Part shown: in pieces, positions 15,238-28,199 of the stretch
How the letters are laid out: every line of letters starts with the position of its first letter
Position numbering within the stretch: position 1 is the first letter of the stretch
Source: Bugula neritina
Taxonomy: Eukaryota; Animalia; Bryozoa
Assembly: GCA_964035545.1 (NCBI GenBank)
Contig: OZ037772.1
Location: 4,344,233 to 4,408,232 of the forward strand
Direction of reading: 5' to 3'
DNA: 64,000 bases
Made by a program: the position numbers and the translations under genes
The notes under the pieces: model-generated
Told to the model about the DNA's origin: nothing
The model's input: the letters and a program-made list of their open reading frames with translations, nothing else
The model's database searches: none

Positions 15238-18200
15238 TTAGTATTTTATTGTGTATCTTCTCAGACCGCCATAACCGCATGCTAGAAATACTGTGTCTCT
15301 GTTATACACAGCAATGTCATACACCAGGCCACTCACACCAAGACTTTCTCTGGAAATTGTAAGCACCAGTTGACCTGTAAATAATAGCGACATATTGTAG
15401 CAGTTCTTTGGTGTTTATCGAGAGAAACAGACAGACTGCGTTTAAAGATGGAACTAAGCAGGTTACATGCATGAAGTAAATATTCTAACAGAAAATAGTC
15501 TCCATATACAACTGTATTGACCTTGACCCACAAACTTAGCCTGTGGCTCTTAGCAAGAATGCACCTACATGTCTACTTTTAATACTACTATACTACTGCA
15601 GCTACTCCAACATTATCACACATTAAATACTTGACAAGAACCAACCACAGCCACCTGAGTTCCACCAGCAAACACTGCTCTACCAGCCATCATCAAATTA
15701 CAATAATGGCAGTCGAAAAGTATCAAATTATTTATATTTAAGTTATCTGATGACCAAAACAATATAGCAGCACTAGACTGAAGTCAAACTACAACTCATA
15801 ACTCATGTGTAGCTGGCAGTCTGTACAGTTGTTAGACTGAGCACCTCTAAAATTACTGTAAAACACTTGCATAGTATACTAACTAGACATGCTGATAGGT
15901 GGGTTTGAACCCCTTGCAGCACCAACTCACTCAGCAGTGTGGAGTCCCTATCCTCTTCACTACCAGCTGAACCCTTGGAAAGGAAGACTGAATAGAGAGT
16001 TTACTAAGAGCTCACTGCACACTACACAGAGTACACCTTAAACCTATACAATATAATATACACTTTTACCTGTGCTTACATCCTGCATGTTACTGCAGCT
16101 GGAAATAAACTTATTGTAGGGAGGCAGTATTATTCACTGATATTATTATTAGCCACAAGTCATGTGATGAAGAATATAACATCTAGCCTACTATCAGCAT
16201 GTTACAGTCTTTATTACATAACATTTAGCTAAAAATAACATCACTGACTTGATAAATACTAACAATATCATAATATATCTTAATTTATGAGTGGAAATTG
16301 TTTACAGTTAATTATTATAATATATTATTTACCTTAACATAATTATATATAAAATAACTAAAGTTACTATGTAATAAACACAGTATATACCCTCAAGTGA
16401 GAGGATCAGGAGAGGTCCTTTCCATGTACAGATGTGAATCAGTTCAGATGTTGGATCAAAAGAAATGCCAGTTGGTCGTGAGATGTGAGGAAACTCCCAC
16501 ATTAGAGAGAGAGTTGTGTTCTTCACTTTATATCTTTTCACTGCACCATCTACAGCGTGGTCTCCTATGAGGAGAGTTGAGTCTGGGAGGATGCATACAG
16601 GACGAGGGAACTTCATCTCAGGAAGTGGGAACTTCTGTATTTTATTGTCAACTAGATTACAGACTACCAGCTGTTTCTCACTCCTGTCTACAATATAGAG
16701 TAGTGAGTCGTGCTGAGCTAGTCCATAGTAAGTGAGTCTACTTACTGACTGCTTGTAGAGGGAGCAGTACTGTTCAAAGGAGTTCGGATCAAGAAGTGAG
16801 ACTTCAGCTGTTTTCTCCTCTCTGTTATACCAACTGCCAACCATCACCCCTTCAGGTTAGATTATCTCCCCCCAGCCTATAGTGTTGGTGTTCTTCACTG
16901 AGCTGATAGTATCCAGAGTGTCTTTATTTATTACTTCTACACTTCCTCCTGGTGTCACACACATCAGATGTCCATCAGCTGAGATGTTTACTGTCGAATA
17001 CCAGTCACATACAGGAAGTCCATCAGACTGTAAAGAAGATGGCGGCTGCAGCAGCTTCAGTCCCAGACTGTCTTCACTGTCTGCAACAACAAAATAACAA
17101 TTCTATAACTTGAGAATCTCATCACCTGAGGAGGTGGGAACAGCTTTTCAAACCTAAAAATAAAAGATGTTTTAAATACAAGCAGTCTGTAGTTACTACA
17201 AGTTGCTATGTGATGCACAGGTCTAAGTGAGAATATTGTGTTAATACTGACAGGAGGTAGTCAGCATAACACAGTTTAGCAGCTCACTTATACATCATAA
17301 ACTCTGAAACACTGCAGAAATGTCTCATTATGTTATGAGAGTAGAACAAAACTCAATTCTCTAATAAATACACTCTATCAACTTTTCTAATTATCGGAGG
17401 CTTCTCTTTATTCTCCTATTAAAATATTCAATGAAAACAAATCAAGTGATTACAAGCAGAAAATTATTTATAGTTAGTGTTACTATTTATAGTTAGTGTT
17501 ACTATTTATAGTTAGTGTTACTATTTATAGACTCCACCTACATGTGGGTACCAAGATGGTGTCTGGAAGTACACACTTCTCTATTACACCAATATCTGTA
17601 GCCTTTTCCATCTCCTCACTCATCTCTTTGTAGTCTCTCACAATCCCTGCATCATTGAACTTATCAACTGCATGTTGTACTGTGTCCAGCAGAGACTGTC
17701 TGCCCATTGTCTTACTCAAGGCCAGCTCAATTCTATAATTATCCACTATCTGTGTGCAGCTCTTCAAATATCCATATATTTCTAGCCTCAGGTTTGTAGC
17801 TCTTTTTCTAATCTTTTCTATCTAATAAATAGTAACACAGTGTAACCACATCTGCACCTCACAACCACTACACTTGAAATAAAAGTGACAGATCACCCAC
17901 TAAGAGGACAATGACTGACTCTGGCCACTCTATTCACAGCAGAGAGCTAGTACATCAGGTCACTAGTCTTCGCCTCCTGACACCTGTCAATCACTCACCC
18001 AGCCAACCGCTCTGTGTGAGTGATTGACAGTTGCAGAAGGATGAGTGAGTCATCTGTATTGACAGGTTCTTCTGCACTGAGTAACATGTGATGAATGACT
18101 ACTGCTACATGTACACAGAATAGCAATGCTTTAATGGCCAGTTAATTCTAGTGACAAATGAAATTAATTTCTGATTACAACTGAAAGACCACATGCAAAA

Positions 18201-18459
18201 TTCAATTTCAGACAAACAGAAATACATTAGATGACACCATCATGTCAGCATACCTGAGCATCAGCTACAGCGTTTACTCTGGCAACCATCTTTTTCACTT
18301 CATCTTCTATTTTACTCAGTTCTTTCCAGGCATCCTTTGAGATGTCATTCAACCCTGCAACTTTCTCAGACAGAGTATCTATTCCACCAGTCAGACTTTC
18401 TCGTAACTCACAAGACAAATCACTCAAAGATGCCAAGTCATGGAATGTTACTGTCTCCT
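15238..18459 (-). pseudogene. TRIM-NHL-like paralog B, pseudogene (exons 18459-18254, 17821-17542, 17080-16391, 15374-15238)
   Basis: Exons match exons 4-7 of paralog C in size (206, 280, 690 vs 687, 137) and splice sites. In-frame TAA at 16857-16859 where C has CAA (EII*PEG vs EIIQPEG). RING/B-box exons are absent and a BEL element sits in the upstream intron. Confidence 0.88.
17466..17530. repeat. 19-bp tandem repeat (TATTTATAGTTAGTGTTAC) x ~3.4 in paralog B intron
   Basis: Only a single related unit at ~58914-58940 in paralog C. Confidence 0.85.
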
Positions 18460-18740
18460 CTGTATACATAAAATCACACTATTTATAAAAACATTATTAT
18501 AGATATGACATTGTACTTATTCTACACCTACTACCTGTAACTACAAGTTGATGATGTATCACTATACACATACTGTGTAATTACTAAACAGTTAGACTCT
18601 GTCTTAAGTATTGCTATCTGAGTTGATCATAGCTCAACCTTCCCTAGCAGTGATTCACTCAAAGAAACATTCTAGAAAGATGTCACATGGTTAGCTCATT
18701 ATTCACTGCACTTGGAATAATATAATTGAAAAATTTGAAG

Positions 18741-19075
18741 CAGTGGTTCAAACTTTGGGGAAGGTCCCCTTCGCAGGGAATTTGGGCTTTTTAGGGGTTT
18801 TTACTTCTAAAAATTTCACACAGTTTGTTTACCAGTTTTTTGAGCTCTTGCTTTGTTTTCCAGGTTACATGTATATATGGTATGTATAACTTTAACTCCT
18901 TCATTTTATGTAGTTCATTTATTTATCCACACTACGCTCTACAATCTACGCTTACTCCCACATCAATGTGTCTAATAATCACTCTACCCTAGCCGCTACC
19001 ATGCTACTACGAATGGAGGTTAAAATGTTTGTTGAAAGGTAAAAACCAACCGGAAGTTTTTGCTGTCAGACAAAC
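18741..19075 (+). mobile_element. Old hAT(Charlie)-like fragment; related copies at ~60132-60460 (+) and ~55600-55870 (-), and a terminus at 12139
   Basis: CAGTGGTT(C/T)C-AAC(C/T)T-GGGG type terminus; mutual similarity of the following ~250 bp; no matched TSD found. Confidence 0.45.
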
Positions 19076-19102
19076 TAATCTCCATAAACAATTTACTGCA
19101 TA

Positions 19103-19616
19103 TGTAGTCTTTTGATCATTTTTTGATTATAGTACTCACTACTGCATACCATTCACCCTTATATTCACTTAGCTACTCACATAGCCACAGCTTTTTCTTA
19201 AACCACAAAGAGCTTTGTTTTCATTATTTCAATGCAATGATTTTGCTAACAGAATAGCTGTCAGCTTTTTATAGCTTTTAGCAAAGTTATAGTAGCTAAG
19301 GTGTTTTATGCCTTCATTTCTCTACTGACTGTTGCAGTTCTAACTAGTCATTCTTTATTTGATTAACCTTTCACCATCACAATTTTATATACTTCATTCT
19401 AACTCTCCCCAGGAAGGGTAATAGAGGTGTGTTAAACATTGCTTTGCAACAATTTTGTATTTTTTGTATGTTTCATTTTTCTTTCAATAATGTCTTTATT
19501 GTTAAATCGTATTATTGTATTATTGCAGTTTCACGTTGGTTACTAGTTTGTTAAATAAATATCAACAAAACTCCAGCAGTGCAACCTGTTATCAATAAAC
19601 TGGGGTAGACGTTACA
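19103..19616 (+). repeat. 5' LTR of BEL/Pao element
   Basis: TGTAGT...GTTACA, AATAAA near the 3' end, near-identical to 23488-24001. Confidence 0.95.
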
Positions 19617-19937
19617 GTGAAACTCTACCTACTATCGAAAAGACCAGTTCTGTGCAGTTGCTGCCAGAACCAAGAAGACACAAACCCTGCTGCAACTCAT
19701 TGCCTTGAAGTGGATTACTCAAAGAATCAACCCAGAAAGCCAGTAAAGTTCAAGATTCAGTTCCTGTCTGCACTCAGTTTCAACTATCATTACCAGTACG
19801 TCATTTCGGCAGCTAGCACAACATCAGGCATTAGAACTACACAGACGGAGCCAGCCGTCAACAGACAACTAACCCAAACCTACTCAGTTTCAACTATCAT
19901 CACCATTACACCATTTTGACAGCTAGCACAACATCAC

Positions 19938-20013
19938 GCATCAGAACTACACAGACGCATCAGAACTACACAGACGCATCAGAACTACACAGACGCATCA
20001 GAACTACACAGAC
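19938..20013 (+). repeat. 19-bp tandem repeat (GCATCAGAACTACACAGAC) x4 within a ~110-bp duplication in the BEL 5'UTR
   Basis: Direct reading; ~19772-19880 is repeated at ~19882-20045. Confidence 0.85.
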
Positions 20014-20452
20014 GGAGCCAGAGGTCAACAGACAACTAACTCAAACGATAAGTTGTTCAATGTATCATTGTGGTTTAAATTTACAACACTTGAGTTTCTT
20101 ACCTACTATAATCACTTAAATTAAGTAATAGCACATCAACACTTCTTTTTATAATCTTGATTATGTTAAGCTTAATATAACTAGGCTGAATTAGTGTTCA
20201 TCTTTTGAAATACTGTAACATTAGTACTTGTAATAGTGAAATCACAAAGCTAGTGGATTAATTTGGAACATTATCAAATATTTTGATATTGGCTGACATT
20301 ATTCATCATAATCTGCTCATCAAATAATAGGTTTCTTCAATCATCCCTCATCACCTGTCACTTTTGTCCTGTCCCTGTAGCAAATTAGTGAGCAAATATT
20401 TCACAAAATTTCTTTGTAAATAATAACTAACACTCTCATACCTAAATAAGTG

Positions 20453-21949
20453 ATGTCTAAATCAAACACCTCAAAACCCCATATATTTTCAAGAACAAAA
20501 CTTAATCAGAAAGCTGCACAACTAGACAATGAAATCAAAAACTGTGCCGAGTTACACAAATCTATATTTGCACACTTTGCATCAAAACAGGATATTTCGT
20601 ACGACTCATTGAAAAGTTATAAAAACCAACTATCTCAAGTTAAACACAATTTAGAGGGAACCTATGATGAGTGGCGCCAGATGCTAGGATACCATGAGCC
20701 AGACCTTCGGGTCCGAATTCAAATGGATAGATTGCATTCCGATTGTGAAACATTGATTGGTGATGCCATAGATCGAATGAGTAAACTTTCAGCTAGAACA
20801 AAAGCTGCTGGCTTCGAGCCAGCACAAGAAAATCAGCGCTTCGAGATCTTAGGATCGGCTAGTCACCTTATTAGTTCAAAATCAGCTTCATCCTGTCACT
20901 CATCTTGTGCCAGCTCACAGTCACAGCTCAGATTAATGCAGGTAAAATCTAAAGCTAAAGCAGCCGCACTAAGAAAGAAATTAGAATCTGCACAATTAAT
21001 TTATGAGTTACAACAGCAAGCAAGTCAACTTGCAAACGCTATCAAACAGCAACAGCTGCAGGCTGAAATAGACGCAGCGCAGGCTGAAGAGCAAGTCATA
21101 GCCCAAGCCATTGAAGAAGAGGAAGAAAAAGATAGCTCCTGTCCTCTTCTAAACCAATCACCGTCTATTATACCAGCTGCTCCACCTCAACCAATAATTT
21201 ACAAACCCCAGCCTCCAGAACAAAACATAATACAACCTCACATTATTCCATTGACACCTGTAACATCTACAAACCCTTTCTTACAGTTCATGACGCCTCC
21301 ACCATCCACAAATCCTTTTGTACAGTCTACCAAAATTTCAAGGAATGTTCTCCAGCCTGCTTATCAAAGCCCCATCACTACCTCCAGTCACCAACGGCAA
21401 CCTGCCTTCACACCTGATGATTACGCTGAAAGTATCAACCTAGTTAGGCAACGTCCATTAGAACCGCCCATTTTTTTGAGCAATACACAGAAATACCAAA
21501 AGTTGAAGATGGCTTTCAATGAGGCTTTCAACATGTCAAAAGTTCTCCATGAGTCAAACACGCAAGCAAAGACAAAAACCCAAGACATCATTAAAAAACC
21601 TGTGATACCAAAGAGAACATTTGCTACAAAGAAAACTGAAGTCACTCCACAGCAATCCAAAACACACATTTATGCATGTATATTTTGCAAAATGGACAAT
21701 CACAAAACTGCTGTTTGTGGCAAGCTAAACCTCCTGCCATTTTCAGAAGTTCATGAGTTCATAAGAGACAAACGCCTTTGCTATGCCTGTTTAGATGGTA
21801 ACCACATTGCCAAGGAATGTGGATCTCCTGCTGTTTGCAATATCTGCAAAGAAAGGCACCCAACTTCTCTTCACAAAATGCGTAAATATCCCAGAAACCT
21901 AACGAAATCTAATGATTCAAACAAGCAACCCACCATAAAACCAGATTAA
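20453..21949 (+). CDS. gag: BEL/Pao Gag-like protein (~498 aa)
   Basis: Open ORF with Ser-rich plus coiled-coil N-half and the BEL-type triple zinc knuckle CIFCKMDNHKTAVC / CYACLDGNHIAKEC / CNICKERHPTSLH. Confidence 0.85.
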   Translation: MSKSNTSKPHIFSRTKLNQKAAQLDNEIKNCAELHKSIFAHFASKQDISYDSLKSYKNQLSQVKHNLEGTYDEWRQMLGYHEPDLRVRIQMDRLHSDCETLIGDAIDRMSKLSARTKAAGFEPAQENQRFEILGSASHLISSKSASSCHSSCASSQSQLRLMQVKSKAKAAALRKKLESAQLIYELQQQASQLANAIKQQQLQAEIDAAQAEEQVIAQAIEEEEEKDSSCPLLNQSPSIIPAAPPQPIIYKPQPPEQNIIQPHIIPLTPVTSTNPFLQFMTPPPSTNPFVQSTKISRNVLQPAYQSPITTSSHQRQPAFTPDDYAESINLVRQRPLEPPIFLSNTQKYQKLKMAFNEAFNMSKVLHESNTQAKTKTQDIIKKPVIPKRTFATKKTEVTPQQSKTHIYACIFCKMDNHKTAVCGKLNLLPFSEVHEFIRDKRLCYACLDGNHIAKECGSPAVCNICKERHPTSLHKMRKYPRNLTKSNDSNKQPTIKPD

Positions 21950-22050
21950 CGATAAAACCCAGAAAGACAAAGCTCTCAACAAAAGGCATCAGATAAACAA
22001 CACAAATCACCCTCACCAAACAAACTTAGTCCATTTGTCAAACCGGTCAA

Positions 22051-23460
22051 TTGTGGCTACACAAAATAGCCTCTAACAGTAAGTCTGTCATATCACAGTT
22101 ACCTAGGAGTGAGTGTGCAAACACACTTGACACCCTAGATCTCACCTTTGATTCATTACTTCAAGAACTATCACTATGGGATACTGCGCAAGATCAATTC
22201 ACATTCCAGCATCGCCCATTATCAAACCGGACACTAGAAAAGGTGTCCTATCCACAGTAGCCTTAGTTTTTGAACCCCGATGTCTGATAGCTCCCTTTGT
22301 TCCCCAGGGCAAAACTATTTTACAAGAGACGTGTTCTAATAACCTTGATTAGAATGCATCACTCACAGACTCAGATGGTCTGCATGGAAATCAGACTTGA
22401 CGCCTGTCAATCATATCACCATACCTCGATGTCTCACTCCTCATGACTTTGATTCATAGGAAACTGCTTAACCACACTTTTGCTGACGCCAGTACAGTAG
22501 GCTATAATCACTGCACATACCTTCGACTTGTTAACTCGGCGAGTGCATGTTGCACTGCTTTCAGGTAAAGCCCAAGTCGCATCAATGAGACAAGTTTCAT
22601 GACTCAAACTTCAGGCAGCAGCAAGTGCTGTCAGATTGGTCACAAAATATATCAAAGAACTTGACATTTCAAACATCAGCACACACTTCTATTCTGACTC
22701 CACTGTTGTTCTTGACCATATAAGTAATACTGCTGATCATTTTCACACATGTGTTGCAAAGAGAGTAGAAACAATTTCCCAGGACCGAACCTAATATCTT
22801 ACCCACACAGCCATTGGTGTACGTAAACCCTAAACACGTGGAGGTAAAACAGTCATCAATGTCATTCATTTCACAAACAGTTCACTTTTCACTCGATGGA
22901 TGCTTGGAAAAGTTCTCTGACTAAAACAGAGCAGTCAGAGCAACTGCCACAATTCAAAAGCAATTAAGCAAATATGCCCCGTTCAATTTTCAAAATGCCA
23001 AACAAACTATCCTTCAACTCATTCATGCAGCGTATTTTTTAAATGAGATCGCCGTGCTCAAGGCATCTCAGACTCCGAAAAAAAATCTAGTTGTCTGACA
23101 ATGCTATATCCATTATTAGACTCAAAAGCTCTACTTCCTATTGGTGGGAGACTTCAAGAATGTATCACCCTGTCACATAATAAGAAGCACCCTATCATCT
23201 TACCCTAATCTGCACATGTATATGACCGCTCTACTAATTAGCCATCATCACTCACTTCCTGCTCACCAAGGTCTAAAGCCTACACCAAATCACAATTGAT
23301 CTCATGGTTTTTGACTAGTTAATGCCAAGTCTAACGTCTTGAAATGAGTAGTGAAATCCGTGACACTGCTACTAGGTGTACGTGGGTACCCTAAAGTGAA
23401 GGCCCGTCAGCTCGTCAGGCCATTGAGTAAATTAGTAGTTTTAGTAAAAGCACCAAGTAA
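22051..23460 (+). pseudogene. pol: BEL/Pao pol remnants (RT C-terminus, RNase H, integrase N-terminus and extreme C-terminus)
   Basis: Fragmentary motifs LHKIASNS, LWDTAQDQFTF, LIAPFV..GKTILQ, HTFADASTVGY, IGGRLQ, KHPIILP, HHH...AHQG, RPLSKLVVL, with many stops and frameshifts. No protease, RT core or integrase DDE core seen. Confidence 0.8.
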
Positions 23461-23487
23461 AATTTCATCCTAAATTTTAGGTGGGAG

Positions 23488-24001
23488 TGTAGTGTTTTGA
23501 TCATTTTTTTATTATAGTACTCACTACTGCATACCATTCACCCTTATATTCACTTAGCTACTCACATAGCCACAGCTTTTTCTTAAACCACAAAGAGCTT
23601 TGTTTTCATTATTTCAATGCAATGATTTTGCTAACAGAATAGCTGTCAGCTTTTTATAGCTTTTAGCAAAGTTATAGTAGCTAAGGTGTTTTATGCCTTC
23701 ATTTCTCTACTGACTGTTGCAGTTCTAACTAGTCATTCTTTATTTGATTAACCTTTCACCATCACAATTTTATATACTTCATTCTAACTCTCCCCAGGAA
23801 GGGTAATAGAGGTATGTTAAACATTGCTTTGCAACAATTTTGTATTTTTTGTATGTTTCATTTTTCTTTCAATAATGTCTTTATTGTTAAATCGTATTAT
23901 TGTATTATTGCAGTTTCACGTTGGTTACCAGTTTGTTAAATAAATATCAACAAAACTCCAGCAGTGCAACCTGTTATCAATAAACTGGGGTAGACGTTAC
24001 A
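23488..24001 (+). repeat. 3' LTR of BEL/Pao element
   Basis: Follows the PPT; TG...CA; followed by TSD GCATA. Confidence 0.95.
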
Positions 24002-24494
24002 GCATACCTAGTAGATATATTTGCTGTACTAAAAAATCTGAGCTTAAAATGAATGAGTATAATCATCCGCTCACTGCTTTTAATAGCAGCATCAATACTT
24101 TCAAACTAAACCGAAGTTGTGGGAGACACTGGTTCTTGTCAAACACAAAGTACTTTTTTCTACACTCAATGAATTATTAGGAAAACATCCTGTCCCAGAT
24201 TTTCTTCATAAATATAAATAAAACTTACAATTTTTATTTGAAAGGGGGAGAAAATTAAAAAAAAACAGGGGAATGGTATGAAGAAGGTGGGACACCACTG
24301 AGTTATAGCTATATGCCTATACTATGTTTTCAAGGAAACAGACACTTGAAGGGTGAAATATACTAAATATTCAACATAACAGTGAGAATATAAACTCCTG
24401 CACTATCCACTTCTGTCCCACACAAACCTTAATGCTGACAAACTGACTTCCTCTTTTACTGTTACATAACTCACTTTATTAATAAAATAATAAA

Positions 24495-25146
24495 TAACAG
24501 CAAAAATAAAATGGTGACGCTGTTGCATTTTGTTAACGGGTGTTCACACATTGCCGTAAAAGTACAATGCGTGACGTTGAGCTTTGACCAATCATAATAA
24601 AGCCAACTCTTGTCTGCGGTGATTTGAACGCATTTGGATATTATTTACAAATTATTCGCAACATTCTTTTCAAAAGATGTTATATAAATGCTATTTACTA
24701 AATAAAAGCAATTACATGAAAAGAATCTTTCTTTAAATATATTTTTTTTTAAAATAATTGTGCAAACTAATTTAAATAATGAATATTTAAGCCGTCCAAA
24801 TCATTTTTAAGTTTTTGGTTTGCTTGATTTTGTGATTAGGGAAAGCTAGATTTTTAAGCTGAGTTTAATTCAAACAAGCCGCATAAAGATTTTTTTAATC
24901 TTTTAAAACTTTTGAATTGGTTAAATTAAATCAAAAATAAGCGATTAAAATAAACTAGCGAAATTGTTCTTTAAATTTTAGTACCAGATCAACTCTACCC
25001 AATAGGAGCCCGCCGTTATTTTTTGAATCAAGCACTGCTTGATCAACTCCGCAACGTATACCGGAGTACGATTTAGCCCGGATGTTAACAAAAATTGCTA
25101 AAATTTGCTGTTCTGGCGTACGGTACGGTAAGTGTGAATGAGGGGA
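24495..25146 (-). mobile_element. End-truncated copy of the CCCCCTGTTCACAC MITE family
   Basis: Reverse-complement match to 36398-37040 along its length; lacks the outer ~33 bp of one end and starts at TAACAG. Confidence 0.85.
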
Positions 25147-25540
25147 TAGTCAGCTACAACAAGCCGAGCTCACAGCTTTAACTGTCTAACAAAGGCTGTA
25201 TTGTTTCGATTGTAATCACTGAATAGGTTTTTGCTGGTGACTCAAACTCCTTATACAATAAATGTGAAGCAATGTTGTGTGCTTCAGTGAACACTTTTAT
25301 TCTATATACTTCTATTGAACACCACTAATTAGTGTTTCCAATATGTAGAGGAGAAGTGAAACATGAATACCAGTGAGTTATGTAATACTTCTATGAACAA
25401 ACAGCAGAATTGGATTCAGCTGCTTATCCCCCCATTTAGAGTTAGGTATTAGGCTGTATAATATAGTAAAATGACTTTCATAAACAAACAGCACTCACTT
25501 TCAGCGGCTTAATACTGTATTTAGGCTGGAAGTGTTTTAA

Positions 25541-26309
25541 AGGATTGCTCAATCTTAGTTTATTACAATCACATTATAATTATGAACTATAATTTAATGT
25601 GTATGCAAACAATTGTGACTTTGCAAAGGGATATGTGCCTAGAAAACAGCTTTTCAAAATTCCAATTTTGAGGGCGGTAAAATTTTCAGCCATGAAAAAG
25701 AATAGCCTAATACGTGACGTGTGAACGCCAGTAACTATGCTGCACGTGCTAACTATAACGCTAGTATTCAAGGTTGCTGAGCACAATATCAACCAATAAC
25801 GCTCAAGCAGTTACAGTGCGCTATATAGGTCAACTTTGGTGCGCCCGTAATATTGCACAATCTGACCTAGTTTAGATCGATCGCAGGCATTCATCCTAAA
25901 GAATGCATGCTTTTGCAATGCTTTTTTCTAATGGTTACAAGCAAAATATAGCCTAATGTTATTACATACATGTTATTTAAAATGTCAAAAAACTATAAAT
26001 TAAGAGAATTCACATTTGCACTTCTATAAATATACAAATTACGAGCTGAAAGATCACATCTCACAGTCATATTTCTATAGTTATTCATTTGTATAGTCAC
26101 GTGACCAGCAGGAATGCTGGCGCTGTTACGTCACAGTTCCCAGCTCATTTCAAAATCGGCGTTTTGGCTGTTACCAATCTACACCCTCAACTTCAACTAA
26201 CTTTTTCTACCTTTGGTCAAATGCTTTTTGTCAATGCATGCTTAGAAAAACACAATATTATGTGTGTTTGACCTAAATGGCCATTTATTAGACAAGATAG
26301 AGCAATCCT
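25541..26309. mobile_element. Non-autonomous Kolobok-like DNA transposon
   Basis: TTAA|AGGATTGCTCAATCTT ... AAGATAGAGCAATCCT|TTAA. TTAA TSD plus AGG termini is the Kolobok signature; no coding capacity. Confidence 0.8.
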
Positions 26310-26827
26310 TTAAACTCATAATATACACTCGAATTTTTAGTAAAACTAGATTCACTTTATAATTATTAGCATCCTGTAATCAGCCTATTATACTGCATGT
26401 GCTTATTTTTGAATATATTTATATACTGCAAATATGTTGGTATTCAAGTTATACTCCACCTAACAGCATTACAGTTAAATATTCAGTTTGTAGAAAAAAC
26501 CAATGCTAATTAAATTTTTGGCTGCATTAAGAATGAAAATATTATTATATATTTAGGTTCAGCTTTCCTTCAACAGGAATTATAAAGCAGAAACTGTTAA
26601 GAAATCTTGTTTATAAAAGCAAAAGAAAGTTAGCATAAGAGCTATAATAGTGCATTAACGTAGCTCTTTTTGAGTCAGAAAAATATTTACAAATAATACA
26701 ATATTGTCAAGCTTCTATTTGGAATTTTAGTTTTTTCATGAATATCAGACTGTCCTCATATACAAACCATATAATTAAATTTATTTATTTTAACTAGACT
26801 GTGTGATGTAATAAGAGTGTTCTGCCC

Positions 26828-27003
26828 TGTATACTCAACATACTATGACAACTCTGTATACTCAGCATACTATGATAACTCTGTATACTCAATGTACTAT
26901 GACAACTCTGTATACTCAATATACTATGACAACTCTGTATACTCAACATACTGTGACAACTCTGTATACTCAACATACTATATGACAACTTTGTATACTC
27001 AAC
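26828..27003. repeat. 27-bp minisatellite (CTGTATACTCAACATACTATGACAACT) x ~6.5
   Basis: Tandem units; 9-aa periodic spurious ORFs. Confidence 0.9.
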
Positions 27004-28199
27004 GTGTAATGACAAGGTAGACAGGGTTCTAATTTGTCATACTATTGCACAAGACTAATAAATGTAATGTTTGTGTAACTCATCTATAGCCAATGAAGAC
27101 TCAACCAATAGCAGTACAGGTGCTGATAACTACCAAGATATGTGTGTAATGCTCAAAAATCTTCTGCATTAAAGAAATAATATATTTGAAGAATAATCTG
27201 TTTGATCAACAAGCATAAGATTTTCCAATAAAGACTCAAGTGATCCTAGAGATGAGTACCTTGGGAAAATCAACTAAATAAGATGATTAAACTGAATATT
27301 TATGCAATTATCATTATAATGTTAGAAAAAATTTGACAAATGGTGGCTCACTTCAGAGTATACATAATAGATGCAGTCTTTATGCCCCAGAATATGTATA
27401 GGAGATATACAATAACTTGTGTTATATATCTTTAGCATACATTCACAAAATGCCTCTAGTAAAAGCTCTTATGTTTGATTAATAAACATAAGATTTTCCC
27501 TTGAAGACACAAATGATGTATAGAGATGAGTACCTTGAGAAAATCAACTAAATTTAAGATGATGTACAGATTAGTTATATATATATATTACCAGACGATC
27601 AGCCATTACATCAATATAAACACTGATAATGTGGTTATATTACTCACCTCAGATGCTGAACTGATATTTCTTACTTTATGTTGTCAAGAGCTGCTAGGAG
27701 AACTTGTACACAGTAAGCTGGATGACTGTCAAATGATGACTATGCAGTCACATGATGACCTGCATGTGATTATAGGTATATAAATTGATAGAATCAGACT
27801 ACTGTGCTTTACACTCTATGTGTTTGCAACTGAAATGGTTTTGAAAAATCAATTTAACTAGCATTCACAGCAATTATTTGCAATAATCATTATACTGCTA
27901 TTCAATGCAGAATAAACAAAAGAAACCTATATCCATGTGAATAACATCTTGTTAGTAACACAATATTTCTATAGAGTCTATATAATGATGTATATGAGTA
28001 TAATGAGTATGATTTTTTACATTCCACTTATTCATCAGATGAAAGAGTTTAAACAATCAATTAGAATAGCATTCACAGCAAAGACTTGAAATACTGATAT
28101 TCAATATGCAGAATAAACAAAAGAAATTACTTCAAGTGAATAGCATTAACTTAAAGTAACAAAATATGAGTTGGTATTCTATAGAATCTGTATAACAAT

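Larger units (their letters stand above)
19103..24001 (+). mobile_element. BEL/Pao LTR retrotransposon, non-autonomous (intact gag, deleted/decayed pol)
   Basis: 514-bp LTRs TG...CA at 19103-19616 and 23488-24001 (~4 differences); 5-bp TSD GCATA (19098-19102, 24002-24006); PPT AGGTGGGAG; empty site ACTGCATACCTAGTAG present in paralog C at 60481-60496. Confidence 0.95.
15085..25430. repeat. Direct segmental duplication with ~56316-63325 (paralog B vs paralog C), interrupted by insertions/deletion
   Basis: Collinear exon and intron similarity, e.g. 15540-16330 vs 56980-57790, 24007-24500 vs 60489-61073, 25339-25427 vs 63236-63324. Confidence 0.9.

Noticed and set aside
16329-16847. Standalone 172-aa propeller gene
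   Set aside because: It is the part of paralog B exon 6 downstream of a nonsense mutation, running into intron.
26794-27020. Regular 27-bp repeats resembling a CRISPR array or repeat protein
   Set aside because: Head-to-tail units with no unique spacers, eukaryotic context, no cas genes.
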